DNA of 64,000 nt. Source: a virus. Positions 38,067-48,351 of this stretch are shown here, in pieces. The notes below the pieces were generated by a model that did no database searches, was not told the DNA's origin, and worked only from the letters and a program-made list of their open reading frames with translations. The DNA lies in the IMG/VR virus record IMGVR_UViG_3300037852_000220, positions 1 through 64,000 of that record, one strand, 5' to 3'. Each line of letters begins with the position of its first letter. Within the stretch, counting starts at the first letter, position 1. The position numbers and the translations under genes were made by a program.

Positions 38067-38642
38067 TTAGCCGCCCAGAACAACTTCGGCCACGCCGAAT
38101 TGGTCCGCCGGTCCGTTGTAGTACGCGTCGTCGACGATCAGCTGCGAGGTGGCTTGGGGATCGACCACCGATTCGAAGCCGCCAACCGGCAGAGTCGTAA
38201 AGCCGGTGCTGGCCGAAGTGGCTACACGGACGTACACGGGGGCGCCCAGTTGAACCGCAGCTGCGTAGGTGCCAGTCGGTTCGTTGACCGTAACCAGAAC
38301 CCCGCCCGAAAGCGACAGCACATCAACCACTTGACCGGCGGTCGGGCCGCCCGCGTTGAACGCAGTGGCGCCAAACGTCTCGCCCGAACCGTTGTCTTGG
38401 GTCGGATACGGACGCGTGGTGATGCCGGCGATGCGGACCTTCGTGTTGCCTTTGGCGGTGTCATCGGTAGTGTCGACGGCACGGACAGTGTTGGTCGCGC
38501 CATGGAACAGCACAGCCTGTCCGAAGTACGTGGCCGGATTCGAGCCCGACGCGTCATTCATGAACGCACGGATCGAGCCGGGATGGATGCGGGTGACTTC
38601 ACCGGGACTGCCGGCGCCCATGCGATACGGAAAAGCGGCCAT
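38067..38642 (-). CDS. head protein (191 aa), possible decoration/auxiliary protein
   Basis: between protease/scaffold and capsid genes. Confidence 0.45.
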   Translation of the reverse strand: MAAFPYRMGAGSPGEVTRIHPGSIRAFMNDASGSNPATYFGQAVLFHGATNTVRAVDTTDDTAKGNTKVRIAGITTRPYPTQDNGSGETFGATAFNAGGPTAGQVVDVLSLSGGVLVTVNEPTGTYAAAVQLGAPVYVRVATSASTGFTTLPVGGFESVVDPQATSQLIVDDAYYNGPADQFGVAEVVLGG

Positions 38643-38673
38643 GTTGATTCCTTGTCGTGGTCAAAAGTGGTTG

Positions 38674-40284
38674 TTACTCGGCAGTTTGTTGAGCCCAATG
38701 CTCTTCGTTCATCCGCTGCACGTCGGCGATCGAGAGAGGTCCGGTACGACCCGCGCCAGCACCCGTCTTTTCGGAGTCCGAGAAGCTGCGCATATCGGCG
38801 TGGTTCGTTTGAGCTTTATGAATCGCGACGGCCGCCCGGAAAGTGCTGGTCACTTCGCGGCAGCTACAGCCGGCGAAATCGAGATTCCGCGTGACTTGCG
38901 ACAGAACTTTCTTGCCGTCTTCGCTCGCCGAGAACAGAATCAAGGCGTTCTTGCGCAGATTGCAGAGGGTGTCATAACCTTGGGCTGTCGGCAGCTTCGA
39001 GTCGAATGTCGGGATGCTGATAGTCGGGGCCAGGATCGCGGCATCGCGCACCGTGTCGGCGAAAGATTCGACCAACATTTCGGAGTCCCGAGCCTTAATC
39101 GCATCGCCCGTGTACTGAGGCGCTTCTTCTTTAAGCTCACCTTCAATCTTGCGATTGGCCTTCTCGTGCGCAGGCTCTTCGCCCGCGGCCGCATCGACTT
39201 GCTTACCGGCGGTCTTCGCGGCTTCAGCCATGTTGTCCATGTGCTTTTTCATTTCTTCGAACCCGTCTTCGCACGTCTTCTTGATGTGCTCGATCGAATC
39301 CTCCATACCTTTCATCTTCTCGTGAAAGGCCGCGTTGGTTTCGGCATCCGCGAAAAACACTTTGCCACCGAAGGTCGCTGCATGTTCGCCGCCGACCGTG
39401 CCGGCGTTGTCTTTGGCTGAGCTCACGCGTTCTTCTCCTGTTTCGGGCAGCCCACCTTCGGGCTTGGTCGTTTCTGGCGCACCCAGATGGACGTGGATGT
39501 GCGTCGTCGATTCATTGTGCTCGGGGTCACCGGTGAGCTTCATGATGCCGTCGCTATCTTCCATGGCCGCCTTCAGGGCAACCTTGTCATCACGCAACAC
39601 GGCATCCTTGACTCGCTTCATCCAATCGGTAACAACACGCATAGCACTGTCCTCAATTCGGTGGGTTGTTTCTGCACCACAGGAACAGAGTATATCGGAA
39701 CAATTCGCGTGCGTGCGCTGGCCCCACAAGTCGGGTCCTTCCGGCTGCATAGCGGAGTCTCGCACGGCGCATCGAGTGCCGCATCGGCCGGGAATGTTGC
39801 GCAAGAACGCAACGTGATTGATTCGAATCTGTCGTTGTGCAGCATGCCCGGGTCCGTAAATCTCATAGCGCGATTCGTAGCCACAGGACAGTTCCTGTGT
39901 CGGATCCGCTTCTACTGCTGTAATCGCATCGGGGTGTTTAAAGATCAAATCCGCGAGCAACAGATCATCCTCGATACCAGTGCCGCGCCGAATGTTTTGC
40001 ATGTGACCGCGAGACAGCATCGACCAATTGTCCGGGACGACATCTACGCCCGGATGATTATCGACAATGTCTTTCCCTTCGGCACTAGCCATAGCCTCGG
40101 GCGCGAACACCTCTTCGGGATCGCGCTCGATCTTTATGATGCCGTCGGGGCCAGGCTCCAGTCCAACCTCATTGACGCTGTACAGCTGAAATCCGGTGCG
40201 CGCGATGGCGCACCCGGAGATCACGAGGAATCCCTCGGGCGTCTTTGAGCGATGCTCGGTGAGTTTGACTGGCGTATAAAACAT
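38674..40284 (-). CDS. prohead protease/scaffold fusion (XkdF/DUF2213-like)
   Basis: N-terminal MFYTPVKL..EGFLVISGCAIARTG..SCGYE pattern; charged coiled C-terminal half. Confidence 0.6.
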   Translation of the reverse strand: MFYTPVKLTEHRSKTPEGFLVISGCAIARTGFQLYSVNEVGLEPGPDGIIKIERDPEEVFAPEAMASAEGKDIVDNHPGVDVVPDNWSMLSRGHMQNIRRGTGIEDDLLLADLIFKHPDAITAVEADPTQELSCGYESRYEIYGPGHAAQRQIRINHVAFLRNIPGRCGTRCAVRDSAMQPEGPDLWGQRTHANCSDILCSCGAETTHRIEDSAMRVVTDWMKRVKDAVLRDDKVALKAAMEDSDGIMKLTGDPEHNESTTHIHVHLGAPETTKPEGGLPETGEERVSSAKDNAGTVGGEHAATFGGKVFFADAETNAAFHEKMKGMEDSIEHIKKTCEDGFEEMKKHMDNMAEAAKTAGKQVDAAAGEEPAHEKANRKIEGELKEEAPQYTGDAIKARDSEMLVESFADTVRDAAILAPTISIPTFDSKLPTAQGYDTLCNLRKNALILFSASEDGKKVLSQVTRNLDFAGCSCREVTSTFRAAVAIHKAQTNHADMRSFSDSEKTGAGAGRTGPLSIADVQRMNEEHWAQQTAE

Positions 40285-40290
40285 GACGTG

Positions 40291-40560
40291 TTACTCGATG
40301 TCGTACGTGTCGCCCGATGCGCCGGCAAACAGAACCTGACCAATAGGTCCGTTGTAATTCAACAGGATCGCGCCGGCAACAGTGGCAGTCGGCGTCATCG
40401 TAACGAAATGCGCGCCACCATCCATACTCAAACTGATCGCACGACTGGCGTTCGTCGAGTTCAGCTGGATGCTAAACGGAGGCGAGCCTGCGCCCACACC
40501 GGTCGCGACCGTGCCGCCAGCGGGGATAGTTCCGGATGAAAACAGAGCGGGAGTGTCCAT
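40291..40560 (-). CDS. hypothetical protein (89 aa)
   Basis: ORF track. Confidence 0.4.
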   Translation of the reverse strand: MDTPALFSSGTIPAGGTVATGVGAGSPPFSIQLNSTNASRAISLSMDGGAHFVTMTPTATVAGAILLNYNGPIGQVLFAGASGDTYDIE

Positions 40561-40590
40561 GATTGTGATCCTTTCAGGTGGAATTGTATC

Positions 40591-40920
40591 TCAAATATTT
40601 TCAGTGACGATGAGGCGAAACCCTCGGGGCTCGATACGACCACCGACGGTGTAGATCGTGTTTAGGATGAAATAAGTGCCAATCGTGGGTGACGAGATCC
40701 ACGTCGTGGTCACATTGGTTGGGATGTTTGTCGCGGGCGAGCTCGCGACATTCGGTGCTGGAACAGACCACGTGGAGCGTGCGATCTGATCGAGCGGGGA
40801 CATGCCGGGCACCGCCGGCAAACCTGCAAGAAAATCGGTCCAATCAAGGCTGTAATCGCGAAACTCGCCTGGCGCCACGACGATGTACCAACCTTGTGCA
40901 TCTTGAATGAAATCGCCCAT
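40591..40920 (-). CDS. hypothetical protein (109 aa)
   Basis: ORF track. Confidence 0.4.
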   Translation of the reverse strand: MGDFIQDAQGWYIVVAPGEFRDYSLDWTDFLAGLPAVPGMSPLDQIARSTWSVPAPNVASSPATNIPTNVTTTWISSPTIGTYFILNTIYTVGGRIEPRGFRLIVTENI

Positions 40921-40928
40921 GACGGTCC

Positions 40929-42053
40929 TCAGAAGGGTAGCGACACTATACCGGTATCGCGATACTGCGCCGACACGCGAAGGACACCAGATGCCGCGGG
41001 AAGTCGAAGTGCGGGCCTTGCGATGTACGCCATACCGATTGCACGCACGATGTCATTTGTTTCTTGAATGATCGCAGTGGTCACCGGAAGCTTTGCTTTG
41101 GCGATGACCGCGTCTACAAGTTCGCGGATCGCTGCAGTGCCTGATGAAATGACTGTACCGCCCGAATGCGCAATGTCATTATGTTCTTTGATCAGGGCCT
41201 GGCCAATCGACGCAACTGTCGCGTGCGACAGCACCGAGTCGATACGTTCGCGAATCGCTGCAGTACCTGTTGCTATAGGTGAGGCTAACGCGCGAAAAAT
41301 ATCATGAGACTCGAGAATTGCGGCAGTTCCTTGATTGGCAATGGAAGTGGCCGAGCCTTGCGCGCGGTCCTGCTGTTCGAGCATGCTCTGCACTGAAAAT
41401 GGTGCAGATGGCGGAGTGAAGTTCGCGGTGTAAACCGCTTTCCCCATCGTGATGCGGGCTTCATCGATGAATCCATTCCACGTGCTATTGGGAGAACCAT
41501 TAGCGGATCCGATCGCTTGACCTGTCATGCCTTTAATAATCGACCCACTGTATGAACCGGTTGGCGTTTGCGCAACACCGTCAAGGTACATGGTAAACGT
41601 CGAACCGTATCGTACCCACGCGCCGTGATGCCATGATCCTGTAGATAGAACCGCACTCGGTGTACTTATCGCAACGCTCCAATTGGTAGAGCCGTCAGCG
41701 CTACCGCAGAGCATGAACATGTCGCCGTTATTGAAAAAGCAGAGACATCCCGAAAATCCGGAGCCCTGAGATCCAAACACAACGGTTGATCCGCTAAGGC
41801 TGTTCGCGTATACCCAGGCCTCGAATGTCCAATCCTGAGTCAGCGGGGCAAAGATGTCGTTGCTCGTGCTGATTAATACGCCGCCGCCCAGGCCCAGGGA
41901 TGACGGGCCAAATTTTTGCTGAGTGGTGGAAAGTGCGGCACCGCCAACAGCCGACCACGAGCTACCGAAGACATCGGTGAACGTGGTCGAGCCGTTGGAT
42001 CCGTCAAAGTGCAATAGCGCTGTCGACGGGTCGGTGTAGAGGGTAGCGGCCAT
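40929..42053 (-). CDS. LamG-domain protein with E-x-HD repeats (third fibre-like paralog, in head module)
   Basis: LLHFDGSNGSTTFTDVFGS and AVYTANFTPP blocks as in 23027-24747; ESHDIF/EHNDIA/ETNDIV repeats. Confidence 0.5.
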   Translation of the reverse strand: MAATLYTDPSTALLHFDGSNGSTTFTDVFGSSWSAVGGAALSTTQQKFGPSSLGLGGGVLISTSNDIFAPLTQDWTFEAWVYANSLSGSTVVFGSQGSGFSGCLCFFNNGDMFMLCGSADGSTNWSVAISTPSAVLSTGSWHHGAWVRYGSTFTMYLDGVAQTPTGSYSGSIIKGMTGQAIGSANGSPNSTWNGFIDEARITMGKAVYTANFTPPSAPFSVQSMLEQQDRAQGSATSIANQGTAAILESHDIFRALASPIATGTAAIRERIDSVLSHATVASIGQALIKEHNDIAHSGGTVISSGTAAIRELVDAVIAKAKLPVTTAIIQETNDIVRAIGMAYIARPALRLPAASGVLRVSAQYRDTGIVSLPF

Positions 42054-42065
42054 GCGCCGCTCCTA

Positions 42066-42668
42066 TTACGCGCCGTTGGCAGTGATCGTCATCGACGAAA
42101 CTGCGACGGTCTGAGGCGAAGTAATCGTGGTCGAGTTCATCGACATGTCGCCGCCGAAGGTGATGGTCGTGGTGTTGGACACCCCGCCCGGCGTGGTAGT
42201 GCTCATGGTCACCGTGGTGCCGCCCACCGCAAGCACGGTGGTATTGGCCGGAACCCCCGTACCCGAAATCGTCATGCCGGCAACGACGCCAGTGGTCGAG
42301 GCAAAGTTCAGAACGTTGCCATCAGCGGCCGTCGCGGAGTTGGTCGTCAGAGTGGTCGTCTGATAGATCGTGCCCTGCGCGATGACCGTGGTACCGGCCG
42401 AACTCGTGCAGATCCGCCAATAGCCAGCCGTGCCGCTGTTCCCGGCCGCCGCGCTGGTGATAGCCGACATGGTCAGCACACCGGCAGACGCCGCGCCAGC
42501 AATCGGATTGGACATGGGCAACGACGCGAGCAGCGTGCCGGTCGCACCCGTAGCGCAGCTGGCAGGTACCGCGCCCGAATAGATCAACAGGAAGGCTGTC
42601 GTCGACGCCAGCGTGGTGATGTCATTCATGTTGTCGTTCTGATGGGTAACACTGTATTGCACCGACAT
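42066..42668 (-). CDS. Thr/Ser/Ala-rich beta-rich surface protein
   Basis: low-complexity T/S/A/G composition. Confidence 0.45.
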   Translation of the reverse strand: MSVQYSVTHQNDNMNDITTLASTTAFLLIYSGAVPASCATGATGTLLASLPMSNPIAGAASAGVLTMSAITSAAAGNSGTAGYWRICTSSAGTTVIAQGTIYQTTTLTTNSATAADGNVLNFASTTGVVAGMTISGTGVPANTTVLAVGGTTVTMSTTTPGGVSNTTTITFGGDMSMNSTTITSPQTVAVSSMTITANGA

Positions 42669-42671
42669 GGT

Positions 42672-42887
42672 TCATCCTTCATGCGCAAATTTGCGCTTTT
42701 TCCAAATTTCTTTTAACAGAGCCGACTGTTTTGCTCTGACCGCGGGATCTTGATATCGTCGCTTATGAGTATCGGACATTTTCTTCCGAGTCTCTTCAGA
42801 TGCGACGTATGTTACCACTCCGACATGCGCTGCCGCAATTCTAGCACGATGTTCGGCAGACTTCGGGATACCCTTTCTTTTTCGCAA
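42672..42887 (-). CDS. stand-alone NUMOD3-repeat DNA-binding protein (71 aa)
   Basis: TTG start; KSAEHRARIAAAHVG / SEETRKKMSDTHKRR / AVRAKQSALLKEIWKK repeats typical of homing-endonuclease DNA-binding modules. Confidence 0.45.
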   Translation of the reverse strand: MRKRKGIPKSAEHRARIAAAHVGVVTYVASEETRKKMSDTHKRRYQDPAVRAKQSALLKEIWKKRKFAHEG

Positions 42888-42962
42888 AGCCTGTAAACCT
42901 GCGGCCTTTTCCGATATAGAAAGGCGTGCCGTCGGGTTTATGATGCGAATACGTATAAAACA

Positions 42963-43736
42963 TCATTCAGGTTCCGGTAGAACCACCTGAGGCCAACAGC
43001 GACAATTGGCGTTACACCCGGGATGACTGCGAAATCCTGATCGTTTATCCACGATGGGTGGTTCGTCCCATCGATGGAATGTACCGTCAAGTTCGTTATG
43101 ATCCTTTCGCACATCCGAATCCTTTGATGTGCGCCAGAAATAGCCAGGTGATCCCACATACAACGCCCTGGATTCAACCAGCGTCGAGGACGCGGTTGAG
43201 ACAGCAGATCTCGCGAGCATGCGCGCCCGGGCAACCGTGACGTCTTCGGTGCGGAGAATCTCTTCCGCAATCTCCGCGCTGCGCCGGCCGCCGGCATGTG
43301 CTTCCATCGCGAGATTGAAGACGCGGCTCGCCGCTTCGAGTGGAATGCTTTTGATTTCGTCGACCTGATCCGCGATCAGCGTTTGCATCGTGTGACCGAT
43401 TGGCGTCGACTCGATCGCGTGACGCAGGTTCTGCCCGAGCTCTTGCGCCGTCGCATTCCATGCATTCGCATCGCGGCGCGCCACTTCATCGACCATGCGC
43501 GCAGCTGTGGCGCGCGCCCACGGGTCGAGCACGTCCGAATATTTCTCCAGCGTGGTCACGAGGTCTGTCGGCCGGTGCGCGAGGCCTCGAATGATTGTGC
43601 CGACCTGGCGACCGACGGCGACCAGCTGGCGACCGTAGCCCTTCTCCGCGTTTCGCACGCGCATGAAGTGCAGGCGCAAATTACGCGCCATTTGCTTGAA
43701 GGAAGGTTTCGCGTCAGTGATCATAAAATTGCCCAT
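42963..43736 (-). CDS. head morphogenesis protein (Mu F/SPP1 gp7 family)
   Basis: C-terminal RARMLARSAVSTASS...YFWRTSKDSDVRKDH...HPGCNANCRC. Confidence 0.65.
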   Translation of the reverse strand: MGNFMITDAKPSFKQMARNLRLHFMRVRNAEKGYGRQLVAVGRQVGTIIRGLAHRPTDLVTTLEKYSDVLDPWARATAARMVDEVARRDANAWNATAQELGQNLRHAIESTPIGHTMQTLIADQVDEIKSIPLEAASRVFNLAMEAHAGGRRSAEIAEEILRTEDVTVARARMLARSAVSTASSTLVESRALYVGSPGYFWRTSKDSDVRKDHNELDGTFHRWDEPPIVDKRSGFRSHPGCNANCRCWPQVVLPEPE

Positions 43737-43766
43737 TAAGCCAGATAATGGGAAATATATGTTACA

Positions 43767-43991
43767 TCAGACGACACGATTCAGACTCGGATTCAGCGTG
43801 GGGTCGAGCGACGCTTCAGCTTCGCCCGTCATCATGAGCACGTGCTCCAATTCTGATTTTTGCGACTGCTCGACATTTTCTTCGGCCGCCTGCTGATAAA
43901 AATCCTGTACGAGCGAATCCCACGTGCGAGCGCCGTAGGCCGAGGTATACCCCTCGACCTTCGCCATTGCTTCGCGATCAAGCTTTTCCAT
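43767..43991 (-). CDS. hypothetical protein (74 aa)
   Basis: ORF track. Confidence 0.35.
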   Translation of the reverse strand: MEKLDREAMAKVEGYTSAYGARTWDSLVQDFYQQAAEENVEQSQKSELEHVLMMTGEAEASLDPTLNPSLNRVV

Positions 43992-46140
43992 ATGGCTTCC
44001 TAAGGTGACCGGTTCCGAGCCAGGTTTTGAACTCGTTCATCGACACGCGATGTACGGACATGATGCGGTCGACGCCCTGCAGATCACTGTAGCTGGACAC
44101 GTAGGCCGCACACGCGCGTGCCTGCGATGAGAACCCGAGCATGCACTTGTGCTCATCAAAAAATCCGGTGCGCAGATCCTTCTGGTTGATGATGTACACG
44201 GTGTCCGCGCCGCGATCGGGCCCGAGGAAGCAATCCATTCCTTCGTCCGGACCTTCGGCCGAACCCGTACCGATCACGTAGCCGTAGTCGGCCGCTATGA
44301 TAGCTTGCCACGGGTTCGCAGGATCACGCGAGGTGCGCGTCGTGCCGCGCTGATTCTCGATGTGCAACTTCAACCCGTGGAACTCGCACGTCACTGGGCC
44401 GCACGCCGCGTCATCGAACGGCCGCGCACCTGGCATTACACCACTCGGCATGACGTCGGGTTTGGGTAGAACGTTCGGAGGGTAGCCGGGCTCGCTGTAC
44501 GGAATAGCGTGACGCTCTTCAGTGCCACCAGCAGAACCTGTCCATGCAGCGTCGCGGCTCTTCCCCTTTGCAGGAGCCGGTTTCTTACCGCCCGGGGGCG
44601 GACCACCTGGCACTGGGGGCTGATCCTCCATGCCCGGCATGACGATCCCCGCGGCAGGAACCGGAACATCGGCGGCCGCTTCGATATCTTCTTCCGTGAT
44701 GTTTGTCCACACGCCGGTTTCGTGCGACTGCTGTTTGAGCTCCTGCATCGCAGTCTTCGTGGACACGGTGCCTTTTTCTTCGGCAGCCAGAATGGTCTCG
44801 GTGATGGTCTTGGCGATCGTGGCCTTTTCGAGCTCGGTCGGTTGCCACAGGGGCTTGAACGCGATGCTCATCTCCTCGTTCCACTTGATCCCGAGGGATT
44901 GCGCCATCAGCTGATACACGACCGTCATCGGATACAGCAGATCAGCGATTTGGCGTGCCTTGATCATGTCGTAGTAGTTGCGCATGTCGGACTCACCCGT
45001 GGCGTTCATGCCGGCGGGTGATGTGCCGAACAGCTTTGTCTGCGGCATCTGCAGGGCGCCCGACAATTGCTGCCGGAACTCTTGCAGAATCTCGGCCAGC
45101 CCCGCGAACGCGGCGTGCTCATGACCTTCGTATTCGTCTTCCAGGTCCATCAAGGTGACGCCCTCGATGCCCTGCTGCGAGCGCATAACTTCGAGCAGTG
45201 CGCGCACACCTTCCATCGCGACTTCGTTCGAGCCGACGAGCTCTTTCAGGCCCTTCAGCTTGTATGTGCGGATGAACGATTTGTCGATCAGCTGCGCGGC
45301 GCCGCTCGATCCGATGTCGAACGCATTGATCCGGTCCTGGATCGTTTCGAGCACGGACAGGCCCCAGAGATTCTCCTGGATCGCCTGCCAGTACGGAAGC
45401 TCGTTTCCGACCATGCGGATCACGCGCGAGTGATGAATTTTCATGCGCGGCAGGGCCGGCGCGTCCGCGGTGACGCGGTAAAACATCGGCTTGCCGAATT
45501 GCGGGGACGCAAAGTCCGTTACCAGCAATTCCAGGCTCGGGTCGACCATCCACCGGTCGAGCGGGAAGATGCCCTTGAATTGATCCTTGCCGACGGTCTC
45601 GATTCGCAGCGGAGTCGAAGGATCCTGGTTGGCGATTATGATGAACCCGAGGCACCCGCCGTACAGGCGCGACCACTTCAGCACCGACCGGACGCTCGTC
45701 CACAGATTAAGCTTCGTGGCCTCGGCATCCATCTTACGGATGTCCTTTGGCTTCATAGGCCCATTAAGAATGACCCCTTGACGAGTCATGTCTTCCGGGA
45801 TCACGTCGATGGCGTTCTTGCAGACGAACTGCCCGCGGTACATCCACTCGACCAGCGTGCGGATCCGGGTCAGCGGGTTGAAACTTGAACTGGAGCTTGA
45901 AAGGATGTTCTGCGCGCCGAGCCCGAGCCGGTGCGTGTAGTTGACGAACGAGTCCTGGAATTTGCCGCCGGCCGTCGCTTTCGCCATCGGGGTAACGGCG
46001 TCCATGCCGATACTCTCACGAGCCTTGCTGTCGGCGACTCTCGCGGAGCGTGCTACCTGAGTGACACCCACTCGTTTTGGCGCGCCGGCACCGTTACGCT
46101 TCCCGCCCCATCCGTTCGCCATCTTGAAACCTCGATTCAA
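43978..46140 (-). CDS. portal protein (DUF1073-like) with ~170-aa C-terminal extension
   Basis: 720 aa upstream of MuF-like gene; core followed by Pro/Gly linker then Cys/His-containing extra domain. Confidence 0.65.
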   Translation of the reverse strand: MNRGFKMANGWGGKRNGAGAPKRVGVTQVARSARVADSKARESIGMDAVTPMAKATAGGKFQDSFVNYTHRLGLGAQNILSSSSSSFNPLTRIRTLVEWMYRGQFVCKNAIDVIPEDMTRQGVILNGPMKPKDIRKMDAEATKLNLWTSVRSVLKWSRLYGGCLGFIIIANQDPSTPLRIETVGKDQFKGIFPLDRWMVDPSLELLVTDFASPQFGKPMFYRVTADAPALPRMKIHHSRVIRMVGNELPYWQAIQENLWGLSVLETIQDRINAFDIGSSGAAQLIDKSFIRTYKLKGLKELVGSNEVAMEGVRALLEVMRSQQGIEGVTLMDLEDEYEGHEHAAFAGLAEILQEFRQQLSGALQMPQTKLFGTSPAGMNATGESDMRNYYDMIKARQIADLLYPMTVVYQLMAQSLGIKWNEEMSIAFKPLWQPTELEKATIAKTITETILAAEEKGTVSTKTAMQELKQQSHETGVWTNITEEDIEAAADVPVPAAGIVMPGMEDQPPVPGGPPPGGKKPAPAKGKSRDAAWTGSAGGTEERHAIPYSEPGYPPNVLPKPDVMPSGVMPGARPFDDAACGPVTCEFHGLKLHIENQRGTTRTSRDPANPWQAIIAADYGYVIGTGSAEGPDEGMDCFLGPDRGADTVYIINQKDLRTGFFDEHKCMLGFSSQARACAAYVSSYSDLQGVDRIMSVHRVSMNEFKTWLGTGHLRKPYGKA

Positions 46141-46165
46141 ATTGAATCAAGATGGTATCACCGAA

Positions 46166-46402
46166 TCAAGGCATGCAGTGCTGGTCTAGATCTTCGAGGA
46201 AGGGTTTCATCAGCCGGGCGAATTTTTCACCATCAAATTCGCCGGAGGAGGTGCATTGTGTGAATGCTCCGAGAAGAATCTGGGCGCCACAGCTGAAGCC
46301 TGTTTTGTACCCTGCGCACGCCGCCTGCCGAGTGGCCAGGCTGGCATTTTCACATGCCGTCATGGAGAATTCGGCCAACGACCCCGTGAGCGTGCGAATC
46401 AT
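46166..46402 (-). CDS. hypothetical Cys-containing protein (78 aa)
   Basis: ORF track. Confidence 0.35.
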   Translation of the reverse strand: MIRTLTGSLAEFSMTACENASLATRQAACAGYKTGFSCGAQILLGAFTQCTSSGEFDGEKFARLMKPFLEDLDQHCMP

Positions 46403-46665
46403 TTCCGTCCCCTATTTCGGACCTTCTTATCGAAGGCTTCAAGAGTTGGCGCCGGTTGCCGATGAATACTGTCGGTATCGAGCTTGGCAGCCGGCCGGGT
46501 CAGGGTAATGGTCAGACGATCGCCGACGCGCGCCATGTCCACAATTATTGTGCTGGCTTCGCCAAGGCCGCCCTGCATCCGGTACGTGCGATTGTCCTCG
46601 GCGTCAAGCTGGACCGCCGAATCGAGAGACAGGGCCTCGATGCGGACCAGGCTCATGACGGTCAC
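46399..46665 (-). CDS. hypothetical protein (88 aa)
   Basis: ORF track. Confidence 0.35.
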   Translation of the reverse strand: MTVMSLVRIEALSLDSAVQLDAEDNRTYRMQGGLGEASTIIVDMARVGDRLTITLTRPAAKLDTDSIHRQPAPTLEAFDKKVRNRGRK

Positions 46666-46859
46666 GCAAACTGGCTGGTATTCACGGTCTGCGGATTGAA
46701 CACCGCGGAAGCGCCGCCAAGGGCCAGCAACACGTTCGCGACCGCATCGGCCGCATTGTCCGTGTTCAACGTGACGACGACCTGGGTTATGGTCTGAGCG
46801 CCACTAAGCGCGTTCGTGACATTGACCGGGATGGTCATGGTGTGGGAAGCGACGGGCAT
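46662..46859 (-). CDS. hypothetical protein (65 aa)
   Basis: ORF track. Confidence 0.35.
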   Translation of the reverse strand: MPVASHTMTIPVNVTNALSGAQTITQVVVTLNTDNAADAVANVLLALGGASAVFNPQTVNTSQFA

Positions 46860-46954
46860 GTGATTCTCCTAAAATTGGTGGGCGGGGGCCGCGAGTCAAG
46901 CCCCCTCGGATACCTGAGCCCGGGTTTCCTCGTAGGCTATGCCTGCAGTCTATT

Positions 46955-47551
46955 CTACGCGATCCTGTGCGTCGGTTGGGGCAGACGCGAGCTTGCGCCC
47001 AAAACCGGTCGTTGATCGAACGCCTCCCCTGCATTGGGCGCCACGATGACCGTGGTTCCTGGATCGGCCAAAACTGGTGGTGCGATCTCGACCGTACCAC
47101 CGCCAGCCCGCACGACATCCCCTGTCCGCGGATCGACAGTATGCGGAACACCGGTCTCGCGCGTCAAGCGACCAGCTTCAACGTCGCCGGCAGGATTCAG
47201 CCAGGTGCCAATCTCGACCATTTCACCTTCACCATTCTGCGCGAAGCGGCCGGTACCCTTGAAATGTTTCCCCGTAGTTGCCGGGGTTTGCGTCACTTGC
47301 AAATCCTTCGATTGTAGGATCGGATCTCCGGCTAGCGCTGATGCCTTCTTAGTGGGGCGCGGCGCGCCGCCACCTGATTCTTTCTTCGAGCGTGGGGCCG
47401 TAACGAAATCAAGCGCGGCCTGCAGCTGTTCACGCCATACATGGTCATGAGGCGACCCGGGCTCATTTTCGTAGACAAATGACTGCAGCGGATCCATCTG
47501 CCCTGTGCGAGCCAGTGCGTCGTTGCATTCATCCCAGGTCGGCAGTATCAC
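46955..47551 (-). CDS. hypothetical protein (198 aa)
   Basis: ORF track. Confidence 0.4.
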   Translation of the reverse strand: MILPTWDECNDALARTGQMDPLQSFVYENEPGSPHDHVWREQLQAALDFVTAPRSKKESGGGAPRPTKKASALAGDPILQSKDLQVTQTPATTGKHFKGTGRFAQNGEGEMVEIGTWLNPAGDVEAGRLTRETGVPHTVDPRTGDVVRAGGGTVEIAPPVLADPGTTVIVAPNAGEAFDQRPVLGASSRLPQPTHRIA

Positions 47552-48351
47552 TTCGTTCCTCCACGTCGAGCGGCATTCGCGGCCACGATGGTCGGAAGTG
47601 CCAAGTCCAGCATGTTTCGACGCTGCGCAGCCTTACGATCCTCGACTGCCTTGTGATCGCCAAACAGCAGTTGTTTGATTCGCTTCTGGTTGTCGCGCGC
47701 GCCGGGAATGTTACTGTCGGGCCGGGCCATGCGTTCCCAGATCGAACGCTTCGCCGGGTTGTCGACGGGCTCTGGACCTGGATCTGGCAGGTATGGTGCT
47801 CGTAGATACGCGATCAGCTCGGGCCTGAAATTGTCGATCGCCATGCGGAGTTCGATCGGAATCTGCGACCGCTGCATGTTCACATAATCGGCGTCCGGAA
47901 ATGTCGCGGTATCAATCAGTGCACTGATCTCTGGCGGTGCGTCAACCCACGGAAGGGGGTTGTCCTTTGGATTTCCGTTCGCCACATCCTTCGGATCAGG
48001 GACCATGCGAGTCACCCACGGTGTGATGACTTTGATCATGCCCATAGCATTCGGATGATCAAGCGTGATCGTGATCCCCATCGCGGCCGCAGTACTAATG
48101 ATCGTCTCGGCGATCGAAGGCTTGGCGGGCTCAGGGGGCGGCAGATCGTCGATTGTGAGCTCTTGGCCGCCCCCGTCGCGTTCCTCGATGAATTCGATTA
48201 GATCGGCGCGACACTTGCGAATCTCTTGCAGCAAATCGGCCGGGACCTTGCGCTTTGGCGTGGCCGTCAGTTTACCGTCAGTCGGGTTGATGCGCAGTTT
48301 GACTCCGCGCTTTTCACAGGCTTCTACGATCTCAGCTGGCTTCACGTTCAA
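47548..48351 (-). CDS. hypothetical protein (267 aa)
   Basis: ORF track. Confidence 0.45.
   Translation of the reverse strand: MNVKPAEIVEACEKRGVKLRINPTDGKLTATPKRKVPADLLQEIRKCRADLIEFIEERDGGGQELTIDDLPPPEPAKPSIAETIISTAAAMGITITLDHPNAMGMIKVITPWVTRMVPDPKDVANGNPKDNPLPWVDAPPEISALIDTATFPDADYVNMQRSQIPIELRMAIDNFRPELIAYLRAPYLPDPGPEPVDNPAKRSIWERMARPDSNIPGARDNQKRIKQLLFGDHKAVEDRKAAQRRNMLDLALPTIVAANAARRGGTK

Noticed and set aside
36776-38200. 474-aa + strand ORF antisense to major capsid gene
   Set aside because: Same GC-driven antisense artefact. It breaks the late operon.
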